This document shows, piece by piece, positions 1-10,761 of a stretch of 64,000 nt of DNA. The DNA is from Candidatus Latescibacterota bacterium (GTDB lineage: Bacteria > Latescibacterota > UBA2968). Both the position numbers and the translations under genes were made by a program. The stretch is from contig OZ240241.1 in NCBI GenBank assembly GCA_965198115.1, forward strand, positions 7,936,001 through 8,000,000. Reading direction: 5' to 3'. The stretch's first letter is position 1; every line of letters starts with the position of its first letter. The notes under the pieces are model-generated. The model saw nothing but the letters and a program-made list of their open reading frames with translations. It did not search any database and was not told the DNA's origin.

Positions 1-402
1 GATCCCGATGTTGAGCACGGCGATCGATCGTCCTTCGTCGTCACCAAGGTCCGCGAAGATCTCCGCGCTGCGCGTCAGAGCCCGAAACGCCTCCGACCAC
101 TTCCGCGTTTGGACGAACGCCCGGCCGACATAGCGCAACGCCTCCGCCAGATTCTGGTGGTCGCCCCTCGATTCGGCCAGATCGGCTGCTCGATTCCACG
201 TTTCTATGGCATCTTCAATAAAGCACTTCGCCAGGGCCCGGCCGTGTCCGAGGAGAACATCGATCTCCTTGTCCGGCAGTCGATCGAGCAACCGCTGGTG
301 GGCCTCCGTAATCGCCTTCCGCTTTGACAACGGGTTGATCGCGTTACTCGAAGCCTCCTGGAAGGCCTCATCGACCACTTTTTTGATATCTGTGTCTGTC
401 AT
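1..402 (-). CDS. Tetratricopeptide-repeat-like helical protein (partial, runs off the left edge)
   Basis: Not in the ORF track. Manual translation from ATG 402 is open to the edge: MTDTDIKKVVDEAF...AIETWNRAADLAESRGDHQNLAEALRYVGRAFVQTRKWSEAFRALTRSAEIFADLGDDEGRSIAVLNIGI (TPR-like). ATGA overlap with the stop of the upstream gene at 399-402. Confidence 0.7.
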   Translation of the reverse strand, partial: MTDTDIKKVVDEAFQEASSNAINPLSKRKAITEAHQRLLDRLPDKEIDVLLGHGRALAKCFIEDAIETWNRAADLAESRGDHQNLAEALRYVGRAFVQTRKWSEAFRALTRSAEIFADLGDDEGRSIAVLNIGI

Positions 403-1130
403 CGGTCAATATCACCACCACCGAGTGAGTACCGCGAAAATCCGGGAACGGCGACCTCGACCTTCGTGAACTGTTCTCCCTCTCTTGTCCGGGTTTCGAT
501 CGTTTCAATTGTCCCGTCGCCATAGAGATGCGTAGCGCGGACAAGATCGTCATCATCCAACTCCCCAATGAACCTAAGTGTGAGCAGTGCGGGGGAACTG
601 AAAAACGTGCCCGGGGGTGAGAACGTCACCTCTATGTCGTTCAATGAGGTTCCGAACTGGGCTGACATCCTGATATTGTAGACCACGCCATGGGTGCCGA
701 GCGAACCCGCCGGAATCTGAAGTTCTACACTCGAAAGACAAACCCCAGAGGGGTCACCGTAGAGCGGGAAGGCCACCGACAGTGCACCACCGGCCGTGTC
801 AAGGATGTCACTGGACGTTTCCCCGAATGTCAGTAGATGGGGACCCGAATCTGAACCGGAAACTCCTGGTTCGTCGTCCCAATCCGAATCGTCATCATCA
901 TCGTCGTCGTCATCATCGTCGTCGTCATCATCGTCCAAATCCGCGTCACGATCATCGTCATCATCGTCGTCATCGTCGTCATCAGCGAACTTCGCGGCCG
1001 GATGGCCTGTGGCCATCCTCGACGATTCGCTGGACAGAGGTGATTGTCCACACGCGGCTGTAAGCAGCGCGATCAATATCGTGTAGAGGAAAACTCTCAA
1101 TCGATTGTCGTCATACAATGCCTGGAGCAT
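399..1130 (-). CDS. Putative lipoprotein with poly-Asp tract and C-terminal ZU5-like beta domain
   Basis: Hydrophobic stretch plus lipobox LTAA-C; 32 Asp in 37 residues; then GGALSV..LQIPAGSL..FSPPGTFFSSPALLTL..VPGFSRYSL pattern. Start uncertain (1181, 1130 or 1100). Confidence 0.65.
   Translation of the reverse strand: MLQALYDDNRLRVFLYTILIALLTAACGQSPLSSESSRMATGHPAAKFADDDDDDDDDDDRDADLDDDDDDDDDDDDDDDDSDWDDEPGVSGSDSGPHLLTFGETSSDILDTAGGALSVAFPLYGDPSGVCLSSVELQIPAGSLGTHGVVYNIRMSAQFGTSLNDIEVTFSPPGTFFSSPALLTLRFIGELDDDDLVRATHLYGDGTIETIETRTREGEQFTKVEVAVPGFSRYSLGGGDIDR
873..983 (-). repeat. Low-complexity GAY trinucleotide tract encoding D11-RDADL-D16-SDWDD
   Basis: Mixed tcg/tca triplets on the + strand, i.e. 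mixed GAC/GAT codons on the - strand. Confidence 0.9.
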
Positions 1131-1232
1131 CACACATTTCCGTCTTGAGTTATGGATTCCAGCCCCCGATATGCTTCTCAAATCTACGACCGATTCGACG
1201 GACTGTCAGGTCTCCTCCCTGTAGTCTCTATC

Positions 1233-2832
1233 CTACACGCCGCGCCCGTCGCGGAGCCGAATCGCATCCGCCACGACTCCGCGAAGGTCGTCGAGACTGA
1301 CGACGGGCTTTTCCAGACGCAGATCGAAGGGGTCCAGCCTCGGATCGTCCTCTTGCAAGACCCAGCCTGTCGCCAGAATAGCGACCACACCCGGGAAACC
1401 TCTCTTGATCTCGGCTACGACCTCGTTTCCCGGAAGGTCCGGAAGCCCCAGATCGGCGAGAACCACGTCGAAGGCATCCCCATTCGCGAGTGCCAGGGCT
1501 TCGGTCCCATTTTTTGCAGTGGCCACGTCGTGACGCCCAACGAGGGCCTGTTCGAAGACTTCGCGCACGATCTCTTCGTCTTCGACGATCAGGACACGAC
1601 CGGCTCTCGAATCGGCCTGGCCACGTTGTGTCGACGCCATCGTCTGTGGGGATCGCCACTCCTGAAAAGTGAGCTCGAAGGTCGTGCCTTTACCCGGTAC
1701 GCTCGCCACATCGATGGCGCCGTCCCATCCGGCCATCGACCCGTACACGGTGGCAAGACCGAGCCCCGTCCCCACGTCTGTCTTGGTCGTAAAAAATGGC
1801 TCGAACACCCGACGCTGCGTTCCTCATCCATTCCCACGCCGGTATCCAAAAAACGGAGTTGAATGCCTTCTTCACGCCGGTTCGCCACAATCTCAATCTG
1901 TCCGCCCTCGGGCATCGCATCCACAGCATTGAAAATGAGGTTGATCAGCACGTCCTGAAGGCCCGAAGCGTTCGCCTGGACGGGAGGCACGTCTTCCGTT
2001 TGGACGGATACTTCGATCTTGATGCTTTTGGATTCGGGCTCATCCTTCCAGCGAGGTCTCGACGTGGCCAGTGCCTCTGCGACCGCGTCTGACAGGTCCA
2101 CGGGCCCCATCTGTTCTGATTCCACGCGGACCGCGCTGTGAAGTCTCCTCACGAGATCGGCGGCCCTCACCGCGGCCGTGCGAATGCGACGCACCTCTCT
2201 AAGCGCCTCTTCTCCGAGCGGCAGTTCTTCCAGCAGGCTGAGGGGCCCTGTAACCCCTGTGAGAAGGTTGTTGAGGTTGTGGCTCACACCCGCGGACATC
2301 TCCCCCAGGGCCCTGAGCCGTTCACCCCTCACCATCCTGACTTGCGTTTCCTTCTGCTGCGTAATGTCACGCGCCACGCCGACAAATCCGAACGGCTCGT
2401 CGTGCTCGTCCCGCAGAGCGGATACGGACATGAGGGTCGGAAATTCTGTGCCGTCGCGGCGAACGTGGCCAACCTCGCCCTGGTGGGCGCGACCCGCCAG
2501 GATCCAGTCGATGAACGGCATGAGGTCTTCACGCAGCTGCTCCTCCGTGTGGAAGACTTCCATCGGCTTTCCGAGAAGCTCCTCCACTTCGTAGCCGTGC
2601 ATGCGGGACCACGCCGGATTGACGAATCGTACCTCCAGGTCAATACCGGTGATGCAAATGCCATCGATGGATTGATCGACCGCCTGCTTTAGCTCGACGT
2701 GCTCCTCTTGTTCCAACTGGACGGAATCACGCAGCAGGGCGGACACGAGGTCCACCTTCTCGCCGTCTGGCGATCCCCTTCCACCAGAGCAATGATCTCA
2801 CGCGCGAGCTGCTCGGTAAAATCGTTCTTCAC
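1233..2832 (-). CDS. Hybrid sensor histidine kinase (PAS-HisKA-HATPase-receiver), frameshifted
   Basis: PAS ([11 protein letters not shown]), H-box ([10 protein letters not shown]), N/G boxes ([29 protein letters not shown]), receiver (VLIVEDE, DLGLPD). Split over ORFs 1589..2755 and 1233..1808 by a missing A near 1820. Probable GTG start at 2832 with another shift near 2775. Confidence 0.85.
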
Positions 2833-2878
2833 TCGGCCTTCCTCAGTAATGATCTGCTCGTCTCCGGCCTCGCCCGCA

Positions 2879-4784
2879 CTATCCCGCGAGCTGCCGGATC
2901 GCCCAGTCCGGATCCTTCAACGCCTCGTAGACCACACCGCCTTCCACGTTGCGCGGCATGGGCGTACCCGTCAAGTAACACACGGTCGGTGCCACGTCGA
3001 CGACGCGAACCTGCCGTTCGAGCTTGCCCGTCCGCCGAATACCGGCACCCGACGCGATGAACGTCGAATGCTGTCCTGCCATCCCGAAACCGACGGACGG
3101 AAGCTGCTTGCCGTGGGCGCCATCGAACTCCGGATTGAGCGCGTAAACGACGTCCCCGACCAGATCGCTCCACAGATTCACCATCTCGGCATCTTCTCGT
3201 GTGATCGCCAGCGCAAACGGTCGTCGTTCCGTCTCCGGGTCTTTGTAGTCGTACAGAGCCGCGACCAAGTCGCGTCTCACCGCGTCGTAGTCCGCTTTTG
3301 CCACGATCCCTCCGGCGTCACGGCCGCGGAGATTGACGAAGACGTGAACGAGACCGACGTTCATCGCCTTCGTTCGTGAAAAGTCGACCTCACGGTTCTT
3401 TCCCCGTCCCTTGTACTTCAAGAACCCGGTTTCTTCCAACACCTTCGCGATGTCCACGACCTGGAACTGTTGTGATGTACCGCCGTGATCCGCCACGACG
3501 AAAATCGCCGTGTCGCGGTCCGCGATCTTCCGGATTCGACCGATCATCCGATCGATCGACGCATAGTCCGAGCGACCCCCCCTTGACACCGTCTCATCAC
3601 GTTGCGAGCCGCCCCGGAATGGGCATCCGCGCGGCTCAGAAAGAAGTGGCTCGTGTAGTCAGACGCGTGTGACTCGACCATCAACAGGTCCCAGTCTCGT
3701 GTCGACGTCAGGTAATCGGCCACATCGGCGATACGCTGGTGATGGAACTCCAGAAGCTCGAAATACGTGTCGTCGTCGATCAGTCCCAAGGCATCACGCA
3801 TCGGATTCTGCAGAAAATTGCCGACGTGCTCGTCGATCTCCTTCGCCACGCTGAGCGGCTTCGTGTAGCCCGCGTTCGGCCAGATCTGGGGGAAAAAGAG
3901 TTCGAAGGCATCCCCGCTCTTCGACAACGTAATCAGTTTCGTCCGCACATAACCCCGCACACGCTTGCCATCGATCTCGAATCCGTCCAGCCACCAGTCG
4001 CTCCATTCACCCACGCCGAGATCGGCGAGCGACCTTTTTCCGTTCCGCGATCGACAGACCCGAACCCGGTCGTAGCCCTTTCCCTTCGCGTAGACCAGTC
4101 CGTAATAGGGCTTGGGCGTGCCTCTTTTCCCGCGATTCATTTCCTCCCGACCACGAGCCAGTGGACGGATCGTCAGCACGACCTCCTTGACCGGCTTGTT
4201 CGATGACGGCAGGCTCCGCCAGCCCTTCGCATCCTGCAACTCCACGGGGTCGAATTCGCTCACCGTCTGGAGTGCACTCGGATCGAGCGTTTCCGGATCG
4301 CGCTGCGCCACGAGTCGCCTGGGCGCCCACTTTCCTCGAACAGATGATAGCCAGCGATCTGATGATGGTTCGAAACACCGGGACCCGTGCCCTCCACCTG
4401 AACACCCCGCTTCACCGTCGGTGGCCACGACATCTCCCACTTCACCAGAATCGGCGTCTTGCCCGCCCGTTCGAACGTATTCCAAATGTATTCGGATTGC
4501 GACAGGTTCGTGTTGATCCCCCAGACGGTTTTGTCCAACCGCTTCCCGACATCTCGAATGTTGAAGTCCATCACGCGATGTGTGCCGGGCCACGACCCTG
4601 TGGACAGGGCCGTCCAGCCTGGCGGCGTGAGGGTCGGAAACACACCGACCATCGGTCGCCACCCTCCCGACGCCATCAGGGCTTTGATGTTCGGCGCGTG
4701 TCCGGCGTCGGCCAGGTTCTTCACGATCTCCATGCTTGCGCCGTCCATCCCAATGACGATGGCGCGTTTGGCTGGACTGTTCAC
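2879..4784 (-). CDS. Alkaline phosphatase superfamily nucleotide pyrophosphatase/phosphodiesterase, frameshifted
   Basis: IVIGMDGA, FPTLTPPGWTALSTG, SDYTSH and IFVVADHG motifs and C-terminal VVDVAPT, distributed over three consecutive overlapping ORFs (4260..4784, 3544..4662, 2879..3589). Confidence 0.85.
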
Positions 4785-4830
4785 GGGGGAACTCCTTGTC
4801 CGACCCGACGGTCGTGTTGGTGGTTCGAAG

Positions 4831-4889
4831 GTCAGAAGTCAGAGGTCGGACGGGTTTTCACCGACCTCTGACTGCGGCCGAAGGCCGCA
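4831..4889. repeat. Intergenic double hairpin built from AGAGGTC-type heptamers
   Basis: 13-bp stem AGTCAGAGGTCGG (4837-4849) / CCGACCTCTGACT (4861-4873), then TGCGGCC-GAA-GGCCGCA. Related heptamers at ~11207-11230. Confidence 0.7.
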
Positions 4890-6203
4890 TTAGTCCATGA
4901 ATAGATAACGCGCGATGAACAGGACCGCGAGTCCGTCGAGCAGGGGGTGGACGTCCTTTCCCCTGCCGCTGAGTCGCTTGACGACCGGATAGGCGACGAT
5001 GCCCGCGGCGACACCGTTCGCGATACTGAACGTCAGGGGCATCATCAACAGCGTCAGGAAAGCGGGAAGCGCGTCGGACGCGTCCTCCCAGTCGATCCGT
5101 TTCACAGCTGCCATCATCAGCACACCGACGATGACCAGAGCTGGCGCGGTGGCGAAAAGCGGGATCGACTCCACGAGCGGGGTAAAGAACAGCGCGGCAA
5201 GGAAAAGCACGGCGACGACCACCGAAGCGAGGCCTGTTCTCGCCCCCTCGGTGATGCCCGAAGCGCTCTCGATATACGTCGTGACGGGCGAGGTCCCCAT
5301 CACGGCCCCCACGACGGTGCCGAGCGAATCCGCCAAAAGCGCTCGGTTGGCGCGTGGCAGATGCCCGCGATGATCGAGGAGCCCCGATCGCTGGGACAGA
5401 CCGACGAGCGTCCCCATCGTGTCGAACAGATCGACGAACAGGAAGATGAACACGAGTTCGATCAGCGCGACATCGAACGCGGCCGGAAGGTGTTCGATCG
5501 CTGCGCCGAACAGTCGCTCCGGCCAGACCGGCGCGCTGATCACACCCGATGGAGGCGACGCAACACCTGCCAGCATCGCCGCGGCCGATACAACGACGAC
5601 ACCCACGAGGATGGCCCCCCTCACACCCCGGGCGACCAGAACACCCGTCCCCAGCAGTCCGAGCAGCGCAAGACCCGCTTGGGCGACCCGCACGCTTCCC
5701 AGGCCGATCAGCGTGCCCTCGTTGGCCACGACGATTCCCGCGTTCTTCAACCCGATGAAGGCGATGAACAGCCCGATACCGGCCGCAGTCGCGTGCTTCA
5801 GACTCGACGGCACCGCGTTGATCAGCGCTTCCCGGATCCTCAGGACCGATAGAACCGTAAAGATCAATCCCGCCGCCAGCACGACACCCAGCGCGAGATC
5901 CCATCGGACCCCCATCCCGATGACGACCGTGAACGTGAACATCGCGTTCAGACCCATGCCCGGCGCGAGTGCGAACGGGTAGTTGGCGCCCAGGCCTACG
6001 ATTAGCGTCGCGATCGCCGACGACACGCACGTGGCGAACAGCAGCTCCCCGAACATGTCCTGCCCGAGAGCTTGCGCCAACATACCGGGATTGACGGCCA
6101 CGATGTAGGCCATCGTCACGAACGTCGTCAGACCGCCCAGTACTTCGGTCCGAATCGTCGTGTCGCGATCGTCGATTTCAAAAAATGATCTGATTGCGTT
6201 CAT
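4890..6203 (-). CDS. NCS2 family nucleobase (purine) permease, AzgA/PbuG-like
   Basis: TEVLGGLTTFVTMAYI, ALAPGMGLNAMF, VTTYIESASGITEGARTGL motifs; multi-TM. Start set at MNAIRSFF. Confidence 0.92.
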   Translation of the reverse strand: MNAIRSFFEIDDRDTTIRTEVLGGLTTFVTMAYIVAVNPGMLAQALGQDMFGELLFATCVSSAIATLIVGLGANYPFALAPGMGLNAMFTFTVVIGMGVRWDLALGVVLAAGLIFTVLSVLRIREALINAVPSSLKHATAAGIGLFIAFIGLKNAGIVVANEGTLIGLGSVRVAQAGLALLGLLGTGVLVARGVRGAILVGVVVVSAAAMLAGVASPPSGVISAPVWPERLFGAAIEHLPAAFDVALIELVFIFLFVDLFDTMGTLVGLSQRSGLLDHRGHLPRANRALLADSLGTVVGAVMGTSPVTTYIESASGITEGARTGLASVVVAVLFLAALFFTPLVESIPLFATAPALVIVGVLMMAAVKRIDWEDASDALPAFLTLLMMPLTFSIANGVAAGIVAYPVVKRLSGRGKDVHPLLDGLAVLFIARYLFMD

Positions 6204-6213
6204 CGGGTGACCT

Positions 6214-7368
6214 TTAGCTTGCTGCTGCCGCGAACTGATCGGCAAAAATCAGGAAATCGCTGAATCCGATCCGGCCGTCTCGGTCCAGGTCGAAGACAGC
6301 CGCTTCGCTCTCCAGCACCGGCTCGCCGAACCTGGCGGCAAACAGCAGGAAGTCGTCGAAGTCGACACTGCCGCTCCCGTCGAAGTCGGCCGTGGGCGCG
6401 CTGATTCCCGCCAGCTCGAGCAGACCGCCCGTTGCAGCTCGCGTCACTTGCGTCACGTAGTCGATGTCCACCCTGGTGATCGTGTCGGTGCTCATATTCA
6501 AATGCGGCGCAGGGTTGTCGAAGAATTGGAAGATACCGATAGCCGGAAACCCCTGGTCCAGGAAGGGCTGATGATCCGAACATCGACACCCTTGGGCTGT
6601 CACGCGAAGATCGGATCCGCTCCCGTTCTCCGTTCGAAGCGTGGAGTAGACCCTCGCGGCATCGGCGATCGTCTGTGCGATTTCCACGTGAGGCGAAGTC
6701 GTATCGATCGAAAACGCATCCGGATGAATCGACCCGGGCCACCCGATCGCGTCGATCTGCATCATCAACTCGATCTGGTCTCCGCGCGTCTTTGCCCTCC
6801 GTGCGTAGTCCGTGCTCCCGTTCAACCCAATCTCTTCCGCTCCCCAGAACGCGAACTCGATCGTCAGGTCGAGGTTCTGGTCCTTCAGCAGCCGGGCGAT
6901 TTCGACAATCGCCGCCACACCCGACGCATTGTCGTCGGCACCAGGGGCAACGTCCTGCTCAGCCTGTTCTCGATCCAGTGAGATCGAATCGTAATGCCCC
7001 CCGACCACGATTTTTCGATCGGGATGAAGCCTCCCCACCTTCGTCGCCAGAACGTTCGCCTGAACCGTAGAGAGGAACCAATCCTTGCCGAAGAAACGGC
7101 GATCCAGTTCCAGATCGAATGTATCCCTCACGGTGTCGTAGCCGAACGACGTCAGACGTTCTTCGAGATAGGCCACGGCCGCCCAGTTGGAATCGCTGCC
7201 CATGAAACGTGTTTCGAACGCCACGAGCCGTTCCACGGTCACCGTCAGGGAATCGGGGTGGACGCTGTCGACGAGGTCCTCGATCTGCGCGCGGGATGGG
7301 CCGGGGAAAGAAGCCACAACCCAAACTCCGATGGCAAAACAGAACCCAATTCTTTTATTTACAAACAT
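6214..7368 (-). CDS. Secreted M28 family metallopeptidase with C-terminal dockerin/EF-hand-like domain
   Basis: Signal peptide; GGHYDS, PGADDNASG, AEEIGLNGS and SDHQPF motifs; duplicated C-terminal ADFDGSGSVDFDDFLLFA / FDLDRDGRIGFSDFLIFA. Confidence 0.9.
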   Translation of the reverse strand: MFVNKRIGFCFAIGVWVVASFPGPSRAQIEDLVDSVHPDSLTVTVERLVAFETRFMGSDSNWAAVAYLEERLTSFGYDTVRDTFDLELDRRFFGKDWFLSTVQANVLATKVGRLHPDRKIVVGGHYDSISLDREQAEQDVAPGADDNASGVAAIVEIARLLKDQNLDLTIEFAFWGAEEIGLNGSTDYARRAKTRGDQIELMMQIDAIGWPGSIHPDAFSIDTTSPHVEIAQTIADAARVYSTLRTENGSGSDLRVTAQGCRCSDHQPFLDQGFPAIGIFQFFDNPAPHLNMSTDTITRVDIDYVTQVTRAATGGLLELAGISAPTADFDGSGSVDFDDFLLFAARFGEPVLESEAAVFDLDRDGRIGFSDFLIFADQFAAAAS

Positions 7369-7453
7369 TTATAGCTCTACAATTAGTGCTTAACTCATCC
7401 CACGATCAGCCGATATACATAACAGGCCTTAATGACAACACTGTGGAGGTCCT

Positions 7454-7666
7454 GTGATGACTTCAGGTGTGTGGATCGTGCTCATCGGCTTTACGTTCAT
7501 GACCGGCATGTTTTGTCTCGTCTTTGCGCTGTATCGCCTGACGACGCCTGTCGGACCCGCGAATGTGACGCCCATGCCGTCGAGACCCGCCGAGGAAGGG
7601 CAGGACGAAGGCCCGAAGCTTACGAAGTTGGGCAGGCCCATTCAGGAAGTTCGCCTGAGAGCCTGA
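7454..7666 (+). CDS. Small single-pass membrane protein
   Basis: GGAGG RBS upstream, N-terminal hydrophobic helix, downstream terminator. Confidence 0.55.
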   Translation: MMTSGVWIVLIGFTFMTGMFCLVFALYRLTTPVGPANVTPMPSRPAEEGQDEGPKLTKLGRPIQEVRLRA

Positions 7667-7703
7667 AATTGGTCAGAACCGGCATCGGCCGGTAGTGGAC
7701 TGC

Positions 7704-7739
7704 AAGAGGGGGAGCGCTTTGCTCCCCCTCTTCTTTTTT
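7704..7739 (+). terminator. Rho-independent terminator between convergent genes
   Basis: Stem AAGAGGGGGAGC / GCTCCCCCTCTT followed by a T6 tract. Confidence 0.8.
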
Positions 7740-8907
7740 AGGCCTCCGCCACCTCGATCGCTGCCGCATCGGCCACGAACAACCGTTCGTCGAACAGCTT
7801 GAAGAAAGCAACTGCGGCAGCCAGGGTGATCGCGATGGGGACGAGGAAGATCTTGGTCCAATCGTGGCCGCCCGCCATCGCGAAGTAGTCGTGAACCTGC
7901 CCGCTGAAAAAATGGCCCACCAGCATGCCAACGCCGTTCGTCGCGAACACGATCAGGCCTTGCGCACTCGCGCGGATGTCTCTACGGCTGAGACGTTCGA
8001 CCGCGATCATGCCGCCGACAAAGAAGAACGAGTAGCAGATGCCGTGTAACCCCTGGGCGGCGATGATCAGCCAGGCAGGACGGCCGATCGCGAAGATCGC
8101 GTAGCGCACCGGCCACGCCAGGATACCGAGTACAATCGTTCCGCGGGTTCCCAGGCGTTTGATGGAAGGCGCCAGCAGAAGCATCAGAGCCACTTCCCCG
8201 ACCTGTCCCAGACTCATCGCCAGGTTCGCCCTACTCGCCGTCAATCCGACGCCGTGTTCAGGCTCGGTCAGGAACAGGAACGTCAGGTTGTAGTAAAAGG
8301 GCAGCTCGATCGCGACGACGAAGGACACGACCAGGAGGGTGGCAAAGTTCCGATTGCGCGACAGGTTGAAGGCTTCGAGGAAGGCGTAGGGATGTTCTTT
8401 CGAAGGCGAGGGCGGCGTGTGGGGCAGCGTCAGACAGTAAACGCCCATGACGGCAGACAGCCCAGCGGCGAACAACAGGCAATCGCCCAGGTAGACACCC
8501 GTCGGATCTGCATCTGCCCGATGTCCAAGATAGAGACTCAGGACCCACGCGATCGCGATCCAGCCGATCGTCCCCCACGCACGAACCGTACCGAACGCGC
8601 GACTGTCGTCCGTATGATGGAAAGCGATCGCGTTCGTCAGGGCGATCGTCGGCATGTAGAGCATCGCGTAGAAGAAGATGGTCAGCCATAGCGGGAAGAA
8701 CAGCGTCTGATGCCAGGCAAGGAAAAGCAGAGGAGCTCCCGCAAAATGACACATCGCCGTGAAAACCTGATTCGGCAGAAACCGATCGGCGATCCACCCG
8801 GCGATCACGGGAGAGATCAGTGAACCGAACGCCGTCGTGCCGAAAACGTAGCTGATCTCGCGACCCGAAAACCCGAGATGGTTCATGTGTCCCGCGATCA
8901 GCACGGC
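7738..8907 (-). pseudogene. MFS nucleoside:H+ symporter (NupG-like), 5'-truncated
   Basis: IAGWIADRF, YMPTIALTNAIAFHH, VRAWGTIGWI, MSLGQVGEV and GLHGICYSFFFV motifs. The first TM segment is missing; the ORF part above ~8907 is the antisense of another gene. Confidence 0.8.
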
Positions 8908-9339
8908 AACCCGACGACAGATCCCAACCAACTCGGCAACGGCGCAGTCCAACTGCCGCTCGGCGGATCCGAGGGTCACAAGGGTTTCGGCCTTTCGGCA
9001 ATGGTCGAGATCTTCTCCGGAATCCTGACCGGTCTCGGGTTCGGCGTCGAGTCCTCGGGAAAACACAACGACGGCGTGTTCATGGCCGTCTTCAGGGTCG
9101 ATGCGTTCATGGACTTGGAAGACTTCAAGCGCGAGGTGACGGACTTCGCCAACTATCTCAAGGCGACACCTCCCGCGACCGGCGTCGAAGAGGTCTTCTA
9201 CCCCGGCGAGATCGAACATCGACGCACGCAGACGAATCTCGCGGAAGGGATTTTCGTCGAGGACGCCACCTGGGACCGCCTCGAGGTCCTTTCCGACGAG
9301 TACGGCGTGGCCGATCAAATTGGCATGAAACGGGCTTAG
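8896..9339 (+). pseudogene. C-terminal fragment of Ldh_2 (malate/L-lactate/ureidoglycolate dehydrogenase family) oxidoreductase
   Basis: DxxGNPTTDP, LPLGGSEGHKGFGLSAMVEIFSGILTG and VFYPGEIE motifs; roughly the first 200 aa are absent. Confidence 0.85.
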
Positions 9340-9499
9340 ACCCTGTACTCCCCAGTTGGGGAGGTTTCAGACGAGCACGTCCGGGAACCGATACGCTTCT
9401 TGCTTCTCACTGCTCCCTTCTCACTGCATAGCCGTGAACTTTCATTTTGACGAACTTTCAATCGCGCCCGTCACCGAAGAGGAGATGGACGAACTGCTA

Positions 9500-10761
9500 A
9501 GTGCATGGTTTCATAAACATTATTACGTATGTTCTGAACATTATTTGTAGCTTATGTTCTCCTTCAAAAGGAGGAGAACAATGCCAAGACGTTCGCCTTA
9601 TGTGGTGCTACTGTCTGAGAAGGAACGGGTCGACCTCGAGCGAATGGCTGGACAATATACGTTATCGTATTATCAAGTGATCCGATCGAAAATCGTGCTT
9701 CTCGCCGCCGAGGGATTATCCAACAAGATTATCGCCCAACGGTTGGATGTCCCGCGTCCGATCGTAAGCAAATGGCGTAAGCGCTTTTTCGAAGAGCGTC
9801 TTTCGGGACTCGAAGATAGATCTCGTCCCGGGCGCCCGCCCGGTTTTCCCCCCTCAGGTGGTCGTTCAGATCAAGGCGCTGGCGTGTGAACTACCGAGCG
9901 AGAGCGGGATACCGCTCTCGCGGTTCAGCTGTTCCGAGATTGCCGCCGAGGCAGTGCAAAGGGGCTTCGTTGCCAAGATCAGCGGCGCCACTGTCTGGCG
10001 CTGGTTGAACGAGGACGCGATTCGTCCTTGGTATCATCGCTCCTGGATTTTCCCACGGGACCCGGACTTCCAAACCAAAGCAGGTAGAGTCCTTGATCTG
10101 TATCACCGCCAATGGCAAGGAAAGCCTTTAGGGCCGAGGGAATATGTACTTTCTGCCGACGAAAAGACCAGTATTCAAGCACGAGCTCGCAAGCACGTTA
10201 CCCTACCGCCAGCCTCGAACAGAGCGGCACGCGTTGAACACGAATACGAGCGGAAAGGAGCCCTGGCCTATCTGGCTGCTCTCGACGTGCACAATGGTCG
10301 AATCTTCGGTCTCTGTGAGTCTTCTTCGGGTATCGAGCCCTTCAACCGGCTCCTGAGCCTGATCATGAGCCGGAAACCCTATTGCTCGGCAAAGAAAGTC
10401 TACCTCATCGTGGATAATGGCTCCTCGCACCGAGGGCAAACATGCATCGACCGTATCCAGGGGAAGTGGCCAAACATCCACCCCGTTCACCTTCCGATCC
10501 ACGCAAGCTGGCTCAATCAGATCGAGATCTACTTCTCGATCCTCAAACGCAAGGCTCTGACACCTATCGAATTTGCATCGCTCGAAGAGCTTGAGGCAAG
10601 AATCCTCGGTTTTCAGGAACGCTACGGACGTATCGCCACACCCTTCAAATGGAAGTTCACACGAACAGATCTCGCGGAGATGATCGACAAACTCAGGTTC
10701 TACGATACGCCCTTGGCAAAGTCTGCTTAGAATACGTCACCGTATTTGAGAACAGGAGTAA
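9500..10761 (+). mobile_element. IS630 family insertion sequence (~1262 bp), TA target duplication
   Basis: TA at 9498-9499 and 10762-10763; excision restores the GNAT frame; terminal repeats are imperfect. Confidence 0.88.
9581..10730 (+). CDS. IS630 transposase in two frames (HTH + DDE)
   Basis: HTH ORF (RSKIVLLAAEG..VSKWRKRF..RPGRP) and DDE ORF (SADEKT, IVDNGSSH, SWLNQIEIYFS), joined at TTTTCCCCCC (9844-9853). Confidence 0.9.

Noticed and set aside
782-1086. Poly-His/Arg, poly-Ser and poly-Thr/Met ORFs
   Set aside because: Alternative-frame and antisense readings of the poly-Asp tract.
4858-6030. Long Arg/Gly-rich overlapping ORFs here and throughout the track
   Set aside because: Shadow frames expected in high-GC coding DNA.
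8908-9318. Long N-terminal extension of the 526-aa MFS ORF
   Set aside because: Antisense of the Ldh_2 fragment; an artefact of the junction.
9340-9430. Hairpin CTCCCCA-GT-TGGGGAG and CTTCTCACTGC direct repeat as a riboswitch
   Set aside because: No recognisable riboswitch consensus; too short to call.
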